From a virus (lineage: Duplodnaviria; Caudoviricetes): 36,000 bases of DNA. Under the pieces are notes generated by a model. It saw only the letters and a program-made list of their open reading frames with translations, was not told where the DNA came from and searched no databases. This document shows, piece after piece, positions 1 to 9,916 of this stretch. Each line of letters begins with the position of its first letter. Position 1 is the stretch's first letter. The stretch spans positions 1 through 36,000 of IMG/VR virus record IMGVR_UViG_3300020045_010480; one strand, written 5' to 3'. The position numbers were made by a program, and so were the translations under genes.

Positions 1-121
1 ATTCCTGAGAACCATCTAATTTATAGAATGGGTCTGCTAATATACCTGACATTGGTAATGTCGTTACTGTATTAATATTCATAATTATATATCGTTTCTA
101 ATTTCCCTAGCTGGACCACTT
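1..121. repeat. Exact 121-bp duplicate of 2474-2594 (portal 3' end and start of the next gene)
   Basis: 1-121 is identical to 2474-2594 and diverges at 122 (t) versus 2595 (a). It gives ORF 85..543 the portal C-terminus SGPAREIRNDI. Confidence 0.95.
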
Positions 122-543
122 TCTCTAACGTAATTTAATAAGGTAATTTCATCTTTATCTAAACCTAATGTATCTTCAACAGAAGATTTATCAGATTCAG
201 CAATAGATTTTAAAACATTAAATTGTTCTGATTCTGTTAATTCATCGTAGTGCTTTTTTGTACCATCTTCGAATTGTATCATCCCGCCTTCTATTCCATG
301 TAAAGACAAAAATTTCTCTACACCTGTTAGAACACCTTCTAAATCGTCGTCAGGATTTTTATTTTTTTCTAATTCTTCCGCATCTAATCTTGCTTTTTCT
401 TCTAAAGCCGCTTTTTCTGCGTCAACAATTTCTAGGTTATCTTTGATATTATCATCGTCATCACCTAAATTTTCTTCTTCTTGTGTTACTGGAGGATCTT
501 GATCATGTAATTCTTCAAGACTCAATGTGTTTTCATCTGCCAT
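85..543 (-). CDS. Acidic crAss-like head-module protein (putative scaffold usually found upstream of the major capsid gene), truncated/chimeric at its C-terminus
   Basis: Very acidic N-terminus, then IQFEDG...ELTESEQFNVL...LDKDEITLLNYVRE, resembling the conserved crAss-like protein that precedes the capsid gene. The last residues derive from the duplicated segment. Confidence 0.55.
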   Translation of the reverse strand: MADENTLSLEELHDQDPPVTQEEENLGDDDDNIKDNLEIVDAEKAALEEKARLDAEELEKNKNPDDDLEGVLTGVEKFLSLHGIEGGMIQFEDGTKKHYDELTESEQFNVLKSIAESDKSSVEDTLGLDKDEITLLNYVRESGPAREIRNDI

Positions 544-608
544 ATTATTTCTTATTTATTGGTTATATATTTAATATTAATTAATTTTTTTTATTTAATC
601 TTGTACAA

Positions 609-1010
609 TTAGTTAGTACTCTCAATTGATTCTCGGAAATACATTTTACCTAGTATAACTGCTCCGAAGTAAACTGCTGTTTTACCGGCGTCAACTACAA
701 TTGTATTAGCTGGCACAACCGTATCTAAAAATACAAATGAGCTACTAAAGATAAAACTTTTAGCACTTACATTAGCAGCATTATTTAAAGTTAAGACATG
801 TAAAGATCTTTCTTCTGCTTGATTTAAAGCAACAAATGATACTGATGTAGTATTGCCCACGGGGGCTGTATACTGCAACCTTGTGTGATCGTACATTAAA
901 TTTAATGTAACAGAGTTGCCTTGAGAACTTAATTCTATTCCTCTACTATCTGTATCTGGTACACTACTATTATTATAAAATTTCGGGTTTCTTTTTAATG
1001 ATGTATTCAT
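609..1010 (-). CDS. Hypothetical beta-rich protein, possibly virion-associated
   Basis: 133-aa ORF tightly packed in the head-module operon. Confidence 0.6.
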   Translation of the reverse strand: MNTSLKRNPKFYNNSSVPDTDSRGIELSSQGNSVTLNLMYDHTRLQYTAPVGNTTSVSFVALNQAEERSLHVLTLNNAANVSAKSFIFSSSFVFLDTVVPANTIVVDAGKTAVYFGAVILGKMYFRESIESTN

Positions 1011-1011
1011 C

Positions 1012-1266
1012 TTAACAAATATTTGAGTTTAATAAGTAATTTAATTCTTGTAAAAAGGTTTCATTTCCTAAAGGATTTTGATTATCATCCTTTAACAATG
1101 TGCTTATGATAGCAGATATAACTAAAAACTGAGCATATAATTTGTCTAGTGCTTTACTATTTCCAACAAATGCTTCTTTGTTAGCTATTTTAGTATGTAT
1201 TCTAGCTATTAATGCATAACCAGCATCAATACTGGCTTCGTAGCTATCTAAAAAATTTATGAGCAT
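1012..1266 (-). CDS. Small hypothetical head-module protein
   Basis: 84-aa ORF overlapping the upstream stop codon, same operon. Confidence 0.6.
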   Translation of the reverse strand: MLINFLDSYEASIDAGYALIARIHTKIANKEAFVGNSKALDKLYAQFLVISAIISTLLKDDNQNPLGNETFLQELNYLLNSNIC

Positions 1267-2555
1267 TTCATTGAATAATTAAAGTTACAACTTTTATCTG
1301 TTAGGCATACTGTACAGTGTGCTCTTGAGCTAGTAATAATTTCTTGTGCTGCTTTAAAACTTTCTTCATCAAAGTAAATAGATGCGGCTTCTAATTTTCC
1401 ATTTAATTTAATCCATGTTTCTATATGGCTCATATTAAATTTATCTTCTTTGCAACAACCACACAACGTTTTTAATTCCAATAGAATAGCAGCGTTTAAT
1501 TCTGGTGTTGCTAAGTGATTACATTCTATATAAAATACCGGGTCTAAACCTGTAACTATATTGGCAGGACTTGGATCACCAGATAAACCTACTAAATTAG
1601 CACTTGAAGCACTTTGATTTAATGTAGCTGAATAGCCGCTTGATAAGTTAGGTGATAATGTTCCAGTGAAATTATTATTTTGGTTTTGTCCGCCTGCATT
1701 AAAAGTACTTACATAATTTACTTTTAAAAAGTCCATCCAGTTTTGAAATGTTGGACTTACAGACCAGTTTACTGTATCATATTGAGGTAATGAAGCATCT
1801 TCTATAATAGTTGGGGTAACTAAACTACCTGGATACCACGCCGGATTAGGCACTACAATTGTAGTAGTTCCTGGCTCTATACAAGTACCAGTAGTGTTCA
1901 TATAAAAATTATTATCAGTAGCAAATACTATGACACCAGCTGGACAGGATAATGATATTAAAGGTGTTGGTGCTAAAGCTTCGTGTGTTTTTACAGCTAT
2001 AGTATAAGATGTATACCAACCATCGGTGTACACTTTATTACCTTCTACATTTGCTAATTCAAAAGCAGTCATAGTTGGTCTTCTGTAATAAGCAGTATAT
2101 AAAGGTTGTACAGTATTAGATTGCGAATTTAAAAAAGTTTTTGTCAACGTAACTCCTTCATTCCAAGGATAAGGCCAAGTTAATAAGTCATTAGAATCTC
2201 CAGATTGTAATTCAGCTGGTACTCTAAAATTTGCTGGTTGATAAGTCCATTCACTGGAATTATTATAACCAGGCAAAAAGTTAGCTTCTGCTGTGTTCTC
2301 TGATTCCATAACTACAGTCTCAATAACTTCCTTAGTTTGACAGCTAATGCCATTATAAGTTAAAAAAGTTTTTTTGACGTACTGGTTTGATGCAATAGGT
2401 AATTTAGAATAGTCTATATTTCTATCAACTAATGCAAAACTATTATTCACATAGCTCCAATCAAGAGAAACTGATTCCTGAGAACCATCTAATTTATAGA
2501 ATGGGTCTGCTAATATACCTGACATTGGTAATGTCGTTACTGTATTAATATTCAT
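1257..2555 (-). CDS. crAss-like virion structural protein downstream of portal
   Basis: 432 aa, T/N/S/P-rich beta region plus Cys-rich helical C-terminus (CGCC...IYFDEESFKAAQEII...CTVC); directly follows portal. Confidence 0.6.
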   Translation of the reverse strand: MNINTVTTLPMSGILADPFYKLDGSQESVSLDWSYVNNSFALVDRNIDYSKLPIASNQYVKKTFLTYNGISCQTKEVIETVVMESENTAEANFLPGYNNSSEWTYQPANFRVPAELQSGDSNDLLTWPYPWNEGVTLTKTFLNSQSNTVQPLYTAYYRRPTMTAFELANVEGNKVYTDGWYTSYTIAVKTHEALAPTPLISLSCPAGVIVFATDNNFYMNTTGTCIEPGTTTIVVPNPAWYPGSLVTPTIIEDASLPQYDTVNWSVSPTFQNWMDFLKVNYVSTFNAGGQNQNNNFTGTLSPNLSSGYSATLNQSASSANLVGLSGDPSPANIVTGLDPVFYIECNHLATPELNAAILLELKTLCGCCKEDKFNMSHIETWIKLNGKLEAASIYFDEESFKAAQEIITSSRAHCTVCLTDKSCNFNYSMKCS

Positions 2556-2557
2556 AA

Positions 2558-4912
2558 TTATATATCGTTTCTAATTTCCCTAGCTGGACCACTTACATTT
2601 TCTGCATATAATTGCTCTCTTTCTAGTTGTATTACTTGTGTATCGTGTTTAGATTTTTCTATGGCAGCCATCTTGTTCATAGCCAAAGTTTCTTGGTTGA
2701 AATTATTTTGATTATCAACTTGTTTTTCTTTAATGACAAGTTCTTGTTGTTTCAACTGTAAACTTAAAGCCTCATACTGTTCAATTTGTTTTCCAGCTTC
2801 TTCAAGTTGAGCTTGTAGTTGCTGAGCTTGAGATGAAGCTTGATTTAATTGATCTGATAATTGTTTAATTTGATCGTGTTCAGCTTTTTTAGTTGCTAAA
2901 CTTTCTTCTACCATTTCTATAATTTCAGTAGCAGAATCAGACATAGCTGTTTTAATAACTATATCAGCTTCAACTGCATCTCTACCAACTAATTCTGGCA
3001 GTATATTCATTACTCTCGCAATTTTTTCTGCGTCACGACTAATATTAAGAATATTAATATTATAATCTGTAAAACAAAAATCTTTTGGCATTATACTAAA
3101 TAATACCATTTTAGAGCCTAATATAAACGAACCTCTTTTACCCTTTATATAAGTAATTTTAGCTTGATTTATTAAGTCACTAAGTATGTTTTCTCTTATA
3201 TTGTATATTAATTCAAATATATCTTTTACTATTAAAGAGGTTTGTTTAATACCAGTTTTGACATTACTTACTGCATCTCTTTCTTCAGCTGCAGAGTACA
3301 TGTATCTATTTACACCTGATATAATATCAGCTTGTTTTTCTAAAGAATCTAAAACTAATTGCATCGCTTCAACAGCTTTACCGTCTAATGATGCTTTAAA
3401 ATCCCCGTAATGTTGGAATAATTCAGCTCCTTCTTCTGTAGGATCAATAAGTTCTACTCCTTGTTTTCTTAGTGCAACAAACTTAAGTAATCTTTCCATA
3501 AAGTTATTGCCTAAAACTTTAGGAATACCAGCCAAGTTAATTCTAGAACCATTTACACCTGAGTTGGCAATTAAGTTATCTCTATGAAAATTGGTTATAT
3601 CATATAAATCTTGAACATCTTTTAGAGCTAAAGCTATAGAATAAGAACGACCATTTCTATCATTGTATGCAACACCATTATAACTTAAAGTAGTTAAAGA
3701 TGGGGCACCAATACTTCTTGGTTCGTGGATGCTTTTACCACAATTAAGATATAGATTCATATCTATTCTAATTGTTTCGTATCTGTTTAATCTATAATGT
3801 TTTTTGGTTGGCTCTCCAGTACCAGTCTGTTCCGGAAAGTATTTACTTTTTACTGCTTTATTTACTGTCTGATGATCTTTCTTTTCTACTTCATCTTCAA
3901 ATTCTACTTCATTATTTGCTAGCCATTCAGTATGATAAACTGTTACTGTGTCCCACATAGTCATTGTATGTTGATTAGCAACTTTCATATTTTCCTGCTT
4001 AGACCAGATGTATTCCATCTGAGAAGGACTAGTTATAATATTGTTTGAACCCACACCAGAACCAAAACTCTTTCCAAATAATTTTTCTAAATCATCTTTT
4101 TCCATTAAGTGACCGTACTCAGTTAATACCTGAGATCTAGTCATATAATATCTATGTACTACAGCAGTAACATTAGGTCTGTTACCAGAGCTCATAAACT
4201 GGAAATTAGTATTCTTATTGAAAAATATATTCTCTGGCTTACAAACTTCTAATACAGGGTCTTCTCCTATTGCGTTTATTCTAGTTCTGTAGTAACATCT
4301 ACCTGTGATAAGTAAGTCTAAAAATAATTGTTTTAGCTTTTGTTTTAATTCTATAGTTTTATCCTTTTCAAAGAAAGTGATTAAATCTTGTGCTACTTTC
4401 TCAAAATCAGATATAAAATTTTTATTTATTCTGTCTATTAAAGTCTTTAAAGTTTTATCACTAACTAAATCATTAGTTAAGTTTACTTTCTTTCTGAATT
4501 GTTCTGTATGTTCTACACTTTGCTTTTTGAATTGATCAAATACAGCTGTGTATTTTGCTGTTAATTTTTTGTCCTCTATAACGCCAATTGTATCTTTATC
4601 ATTAATGGATACTTGATATTTAAAGGTTTCGTCTAATAATAATCCTACTAATACATCAATACGAGTTTTTATTAATGGCGTCATTTTCAAAGACATAGGA
4701 GTTTCTAAACCGTAAACAGTTTGTAAATACTCATATTCTTTAGGATCACGCTTGCCATCGTATAAATCTCGGCATTTTCTAATATTAAGATCTTCATGTA
4801 CTAAAGTAGCAATAAGAAAGTCAGTCTTCTTTTTAAGATAGTCTATACCGTTCTTATCCTTCTCGGATACGTGAACATCTTCAATATTTAAATTTGATGT
4901 AAAATCTAGCAT
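2558..4912 (-). CDS. Portal protein (crAss-like)
   Basis: 784 aa; DLYDGKRD...YEYL, PLIKTRIDVLVG, LDLLITGRCYY, ISGVNR motifs and long C-terminal coiled coil; near TerL. Confidence 0.88.
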   Translation of the reverse strand: MLDFTSNLNIEDVHVSEKDKNGIDYLKKKTDFLIATLVHEDLNIRKCRDLYDGKRDPKEYEYLQTVYGLETPMSLKMTPLIKTRIDVLVGLLLDETFKYQVSINDKDTIGVIEDKKLTAKYTAVFDQFKKQSVEHTEQFRKKVNLTNDLVSDKTLKTLIDRINKNFISDFEKVAQDLITFFEKDKTIELKQKLKQLFLDLLITGRCYYRTRINAIGEDPVLEVCKPENIFFNKNTNFQFMSSGNRPNVTAVVHRYYMTRSQVLTEYGHLMEKDDLEKLFGKSFGSGVGSNNIITSPSQMEYIWSKQENMKVANQHTMTMWDTVTVYHTEWLANNEVEFEDEVEKKDHQTVNKAVKSKYFPEQTGTGEPTKKHYRLNRYETIRIDMNLYLNCGKSIHEPRSIGAPSLTTLSYNGVAYNDRNGRSYSIALALKDVQDLYDITNFHRDNLIANSGVNGSRINLAGIPKVLGNNFMERLLKFVALRKQGVELIDPTEEGAELFQHYGDFKASLDGKAVEAMQLVLDSLEKQADIISGVNRYMYSAAEERDAVSNVKTGIKQTSLIVKDIFELIYNIRENILSDLINQAKITYIKGKRGSFILGSKMVLFSIMPKDFCFTDYNINILNISRDAEKIARVMNILPELVGRDAVEADIVIKTAMSDSATEIIEMVEESLATKKAEHDQIKQLSDQLNQASSQAQQLQAQLEEAGKQIEQYEALSLQLKQQELVIKEKQVDNQNNFNQETLAMNKMAAIEKSKHDTQVIQLEREQLYAENVSGPAREIRNDI

Positions 4913-5502
4913 TATATTTTATATAATATATCTCTGTAATTAACAACTTTTAATTTTAAATCAGAGTCATTTACAATTAAATTCCCTGTATATGGATCGA
5001 TAAAAACCACATCTCCTACTTTAACATCAGAATCCGCATTAGAACCTAATTTTAAAACTACTCCTCTTTGTGTTTGTTTATCTCTTGGATCTAAAGTATC
5101 TTCTACTTTTACTCCATTAATTTCTAAATTTTCGTTTAATACTTCTATAAGTATTCTATCATTTGCTGGTATAATTGTTTCTTTGTTCATGTCTTCTTCT
5201 TTTGAAATTGCTACTACATCATATCCTAATATTACTTTTGTATAATTATCACTAGTTGCTGCGACAGCACCAGAGAATTGATTAAACATTACGAAGTCTC
5301 CTTCTTGTAATCCAGGACATTGTTCCTTGTTAGTAGCATCTTTACCAAGTTTTAATACTTGGCCCATATAGAATTCTACATTTGTTTTACTCGCAAATTG
5401 TTTTCCTAATTTTACACCCTTTATTTCTTTATCTGTAACTTTTATTGATACTAATAAATTAATACCACAAGGTGTAATTTCACTTGATTTAACTTTTCCC
5501 AT
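4912..5502 (-). CDS. groES: Tandem double-domain GroES/Cpn10 co-chaperonin (Cpn20-like)
   Basis: Two Cpn10-like repeats: ITPCGINLLV..GQVLKLG..LQEGDFVMF..YDVVAI and IIPANDRILI..GVVLKLG..VKVGDVVF..RDILY. Confidence 0.85.
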   Translation of the reverse strand: MGKVKSSEITPCGINLLVSIKVTDKEIKGVKLGKQFASKTNVEFYMGQVLKLGKDATNKEQCPGLQEGDFVMFNQFSGAVAATSDNYTKVILGYDVVAISKEEDMNKETIIPANDRILIEVLNENLEINGVKVEDTLDPRDKQTQRGVVLKLGSNADSDVKVGDVVFIDPYTGNLIVNDSDLKLKVVNYRDILYKI

Positions 5503-5567
5503 ATTTACATATTATCTTTATGGTTATAAAAATACAAAAATTAAATCAAATTTAAAGGAGAATTATT

Positions 5568-8036
5568 TTAAATACCGTGTAGTCCGTTATTTGTATCTAT
5601 CCACCTCATACCACCGTGGTCATCAAATTCTTTTCTAGCCCTTTTCTGAGCTTCCACTTCTCTTTGTAACATAGCCTCTGCTGAGTCACTGTCTTTTCTA
5701 AAGCCCGGAAGAACACCATATTTCTTTACGCCATCTTCAGTATAATAACCAAATGGAACAAAGCCATCTGTTTCTTTTTCTTTCTTTTTTACTAATGAAC
5801 CTATCTTGTCCTCATCTGCCAGCTCACATAAACCCGTAGCAATAACTAAGTCATACTTTGTACGATCTTCCCTATTGTAACTTTGTAGCTGCTCTAATTG
5901 GTCATCAAAGAACATACTTTGATAATTATCATCTATGTACTCTTTTACTTTATTATCTTGGTGATCAATAATAGGTGTTGAGGCTTGTGTACCAATTAAA
6001 TGAGAAATCTTTTTGGCATCAGCACTACCTAGTGCTATTGTTGGTCTCTTCATTAATAAATCGTAATAACCTCTTGCTCTGAAGTGGGACACAATACCAA
6101 TCTTGGTGTACTCTATATTTACTGGTGAATTATAGTAGACTGCTAGTTTTAAAGCATTATCGTGGTCTAACCTAACATCGTCTGAACGTTTTTTATATTT
6201 GGCTACATAGATATTAGAAGTGGAATTAAAATAACTTCCATCTAATATACGCTTTTTCACTAGCATAGCAAGCTCAGAACCCTTTTTGTTATTAGTTGCA
6301 TGAGCTGAATCACTATTACCTTGGTCAATACTATCACAGCCAGAGACATAGAGGTCTTTTAATTTTACTCCTTTTTCTCTTTCATTTTCGGTAGTAACCC
6401 AGTATGGGTGCTCTATAATGTGTATATCGCCATTTACAGCTTTAGTCCATTTTACTCCTGTTATTTTACCTGTTGATGGTTCTTTAACCCAATCTAAAAA
6501 TCCTTTTTCCGGTGTTACAATACTTTCATCTGATTTATCCAGTAATCTAATACGCTGCTCTGCTAATTTATCCTGATTGAATATATTAGAGCCAGTACGC
6601 ATAAATACTTCTTTTAAAGTTTTTGGAAACTCTTGTAGTAAACTTATGTAAGCTGTTGGATCAGACATTACTGCTCTTCTTTCTGCGTCAACTTCAGCAC
6701 TAGCTAAAGATACATCTGGACAACCAGTAGCTTCCCATGTACCTGAACGTTTTATATGTGTAGGAATAAATATACCACATTCTCTTTCCCAATCATAAGT
6801 AGGTTCTATAGTGAACGCTGTTGGGTTAGTAAAAATAGGTTCTGCTTCGTCATTTTCTACGGAACCACCTGTACCTGTGTATAATACTGTACATTTTTTA
6901 GTAGAACCCCCGACATACCAAGAACCCCTAGAACGTGCTATACAACTTCTTAAACTACCTTTTAAGTGTGATGCAGGAAAGGCCGCAAACTCCTCAATAT
7001 GCTGAATGTCAGGTCGCTTACCTCTTGTTTTATCTGGTTTAATACCATATAAGATTTTTTCTATCTTAGATAGGAATCCGGCTTTTTCTTTAGAACCGTC
7101 ATTCAATATAATTATCTTACCACTTTGTATAAAGCTATCGCTTTCACCACCATCTATCTTTTGGTGTTTTAAAGATTTATGTAGTTTTTCTACTGCGCTC
7201 ATACAATCCTCGACTTTATTCCAAGCCTCATTAGTCATTTCTTCGTTAGTAGAAGAAACTATACACCATGAGTCTTTAAATAATCTGTATTGTCTATCTA
7301 AGACACAGTCAATAATATACGATTTACCAATACCACGACCACCCATCATAGCAACATCATGATTGTTTAACATAGCTTTCCATATTATATCAAATATGTA
7401 TCTATCAATATTACAGTAATGTGGATGTCCTGGTTCGAATTCACCTGTTGGGTCACCATCTTCATCTAACATGTAAACAGGAAACACAAATATATTTAAC
7501 CAGTACATAAATAAAGGATTAAAATATTCTCCGTCCACGTATACTCCATGTATAGAATGCGCAACAATACCAGCATAAAAATCTTCCATTTCTATACTAT
7601 CAGGATGAACATTAGGAGGTAATCTCCAATCTAATAAACCTTTTGGTAAAGGTCTATACACCATATAATCTGTTATTCTAATGTCTTCTTCTCCAGTTCT
7701 AACACCTTTTAATTTATTAGGTGCATCTGTAACATCAAACGTTTCGTTATAAACTCTTCCGCCTCTATGTGTTAAGAAATCTAAGTCAAATTTATTATAT
7801 GGATTTTTTATATTTAGAGTGGCAGGTCTTAATCTGTCGCTCTTACGTTTTATTTTTTTGTCTACCTTTGTAGGTTCTTTTAAAAGTTCTTTTTTAGTAC
7901 TTTCATTAGATTCGAAAACATCTTCTGTAACAACCTTTTTAATTATTTTAGAAGCCGCCTTTTCGTGCTTAGTTTCCTTTCGTTGCTTTTTATCAAAGCC
8001 GAATTTCTCATAATTATTTACTTTTTCTTCTTCCAT
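5568..8036 (-). CDS. terL: Terminase large subunit
   Basis: Walker A-like GGRGIGKS, Walker B-like HIEEF, coupling motif GTGG, nuclease-domain GCDSID and C-terminal YDLVIA; 822 aa next to portal. Confidence 0.92.
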   Translation of the reverse strand: MEEEKVNNYEKFGFDKKQRKETKHEKAASKIIKKVVTEDVFESNESTKKELLKEPTKVDKKIKRKSDRLRPATLNIKNPYNKFDLDFLTHRGGRVYNETFDVTDAPNKLKGVRTGEEDIRITDYMVYRPLPKGLLDWRLPPNVHPDSIEMEDFYAGIVAHSIHGVYVDGEYFNPLFMYWLNIFVFPVYMLDEDGDPTGEFEPGHPHYCNIDRYIFDIIWKAMLNNHDVAMMGGRGIGKSYIIDCVLDRQYRLFKDSWCIVSSTNEEMTNEAWNKVEDCMSAVEKLHKSLKHQKIDGGESDSFIQSGKIIILNDGSKEKAGFLSKIEKILYGIKPDKTRGKRPDIQHIEEFAAFPASHLKGSLRSCIARSRGSWYVGGSTKKCTVLYTGTGGSVENDEAEPIFTNPTAFTIEPTYDWERECGIFIPTHIKRSGTWEATGCPDVSLASAEVDAERRAVMSDPTAYISLLQEFPKTLKEVFMRTGSNIFNQDKLAEQRIRLLDKSDESIVTPEKGFLDWVKEPSTGKITGVKWTKAVNGDIHIIEHPYWVTTENEREKGVKLKDLYVSGCDSIDQGNSDSAHATNNKKGSELAMLVKKRILDGSYFNSTSNIYVAKYKKRSDDVRLDHDNALKLAVYYNSPVNIEYTKIGIVSHFRARGYYDLLMKRPTIALGSADAKKISHLIGTQASTPIIDHQDNKVKEYIDDNYQSMFFDDQLEQLQSYNREDRTKYDLVIATGLCELADEDKIGSLVKKKEKETDGFVPFGYYTEDGVKKYGVLPGFRKDSDSAEAMLQREVEAQKRARKEFDDHGGMRWIDTNNGLHGI

Positions 8037-8037
8037 G

Positions 8038-8649
8038 TTAGTTTTCTTTATTGTCAGTTATAGCATCAAATGCTCCTCTTTCAATCATAGAAGATCCTTT
8101 ATTACCTTTAACCCTAGATGTATTTTGTATACGCACAGCGGTTAATTTCATCTTTAATTTTAATTCTAGTAATATATCAATTTGTTTTGCAATACGAGTT
8201 ATAATTTCATCGTTAGAAGAAAAGGTTATTGCACCAGTACCAGCATTTAAATTTCTTACAATCTCTACTTTAGTAGTTTCTAACATAGATCTTGCTTCGT
8301 CAATTTTCTTATCAAGCGCAATCTCTGATCTTTCAGCGGCACCTTCATTAAAGAAGTTATAGGCATCCATAGCAGCATCAATAAGCTTTTCTTCTTCCGC
8401 TGTGAATTTATAATTCTTGTCTTTAAATACTCTGGTTTTTGCCTGTATAGGCTTTTGTCTGAAGTCAATATCTTTCATAAGATTCTCATCTGACAAATCG
8501 CAACATAAATAAACATACATTAGCATATTATTAGCTTTATCTGTATCTTTCTTTTTTGCTCCGTATTTTAGAATATTATTAAACTCGTCTAATAATACAA
8601 TATTTTTATCTAAGACGATTTCGCCTCGATTTAGTACAAACTTTAACAT
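8038..8649 (-). CDS. Helical phage protein, candidate terminase small subunit
   Basis: 203 aa immediately upstream of terL; function inferred from position only. Confidence 0.45.
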   Translation of the reverse strand: MLKFVLNRGEIVLDKNIVLLDEFNNILKYGAKKKDTDKANNMLMYVYLCCDLSDENLMKDIDFRQKPIQAKTRVFKDKNYKFTAEEEKLIDAAMDAYNFFNEGAAERSEIALDKKIDEARSMLETTKVEIVRNLNAGTGAITFSSNDEIITRIAKQIDILLELKLKMKLTAVRIQNTSRVKGNKGSSMIERGAFDAITDNKEN

Positions 8650-8684
8650 ATTATTCTTATTTTATATTTTACTCTTTTACGCTT

Positions 8685-8915
8685 TTACGCTTTTACGTGA
8701 CGTAAATCTTTTGTACTAAATAATTGACACTGGTAAGCGTCATCTTTTGTAAACCAAAAGCATGTAACACCGATAAGTACAGATCTTTCACCATCTTCCT
8801 TCTTAACGTACTTGTTTACATGTTTAACTACCATGCTAGGACATGGTACATCTTGTGCTATTCTTACTACATCTCCTGCTTTAAAGAAGATTTTTTCTCT
8901 TTCTACTAATCCCAT
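8685..8915 (-). CDS. YodC/DUF2158-like small protein
   Basis: FKAGDVV...PSMVV...VTCFWF...FSTKDL pattern. Confidence 0.7.
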   Translation of the reverse strand: MGLVEREKIFFKAGDVVRIAQDVPCPSMVVKHVNKYVKKEDGERSVLIGVTCFWFTKDDAYQCQLFSTKDLRHVKA

Positions 8916-8925
8916 ATTATCATAT

Positions 8926-9105
8926 TTATCTTGTTTGTATATATGGCACCTTATCCAATTTATAATCGGTACTTCTATGATTCATTCTTTTTGAGAACTC
9001 AGATAGTTTATTCTTTTTATTTTCAGTTTCTGCCTCTTTATCTTTAGAGGATTTTTTCTTTTTGTATAAAACGAATTTACCGCCTTTTTTGTATAATACT
9101 GCCAT
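8926..9105 (-). CDS. 59-aa basic protein not in the ORF track (MAVLYKKGGKFVLYKKKK...)
   Basis: Manual translation: ATG 9105 to TAA 8926, with TATATTTA three nt before the ATG. Confidence 0.65.
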   Translation of the reverse strand: MAVLYKKGGKFVLYKKKKSSKDKEAETENKKNKLSEFSKRMNHRSTDYKLDKVPYIQTR

Positions 9106-9132
9106 ACTTAAATATAAAAATAATAATTGAAA

Positions 9133-9345
9133 TTATTCTGAGCTTTTAACATGTGACTCGAAGAACCCGTCTCTCCATGTACCTGTTGAAGTTATAACAA
9201 CCATAGTTGGCACCTTTCTTTTGTACTCTTCTTCTATTTCCTTCATTACTGTTTCTAGTTTTTCAACAGTTAAAAGTTTATAGCAAAAATTATCTTTCGT
9301 TAATTTTTCTATTTGAGGTAAAATACCTTCTCCGTTATTCTCCAT
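9133..9345 (-). CDS. Hypothetical protein
   Basis: 70-aa ORF overlapping the upstream stop on the coding strand. Confidence 0.55.
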   Translation of the reverse strand: MENNGEGILPQIEKLTKDNFCYKLLTVEKLETVMKEIEEEYKRKVPTMVVITSTGTWRDGFFESHVKSSE

Positions 9346-9871
9346 ATTGTTTTATGATTTCTTCTTGCTCTGGGGTTACACCTAAAGCTTGTGATCTTGG
9401 AAACATAATATTGTTAGGATCCTTTGAATGTTGTAAACCCATTAAATGAAGTATCTCATGAATAAGTACATATTCATTTGTAATGTAGTCCATATCAACA
9501 ACAAGACAACTTAAATCAGTTCCGAATCTACCTATAAATGATATACCTACTTTTCTACCAGCGTGTTTGCCAGTAAATAACATTGTTATTTTATGCACAT
9601 GTGGATCTCTGTTTTTGAAATTGTCTAGAGAAGAGCTTAATGTAGAATCATCAGCTATAAGGTTTGTAGAAATATAGTCTGATACTTCAAACTTTATATT
9701 ATACTTTTCAAAAAATAAATTGACTTTTCTTATTGATTCAACAGCTGTTACCTTATTACCTTTGTAGGTATAATCAGCGATGATTGACACTTTGAAAGTG
9801 TTTTGGGCCTTAGAACAACTACATAGAATAGAGAGTAACAAAAAGGCCAGGAGTAGTATTCTTCTTTTCAT
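9335..9871 (-). CDS. Secreted or lipoprotein metzincin (matrixin-like) Zn metalloprotease
   Basis: Signal peptide MKRRILLLAFLLLSILCSC; HEILHLMGLQH zinc motif; Met-turn NIMFP. Confidence 0.85.
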   Translation of the reverse strand: MKRRILLLAFLLLSILCSCSKAQNTFKVSIIADYTYKGNKVTAVESIRKVNLFFEKYNIKFEVSDYISTNLIADDSTLSSSLDNFKNRDPHVHKITMLFTGKHAGRKVGISFIGRFGTDLSCLVVDMDYITNEYVLIHEILHLMGLQHSKDPNNIMFPRSQALGVTPEQEEIIKQYGE

Positions 9872-9916
9872 ACTTAAAAATACAACAATATTTTTTAAGC
9901 GAGAAGTACTTTAAGT

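Noticed and set aside
8674-8697. Short tandem repeat CTTTTACG x3
   Set aside because: Spans the stop of the YodC-like gene; most likely local slippage with no evident function.
258-9449. Plus-strand ORFs in the left arm (258, 3186, 3772, 4305, 6811, 7006, 7819, 8051, 8724, 8812, 9207) and nested 8280..8468
   Set aside because: Shadow ORFs overlapping well-supported minus-strand genes.
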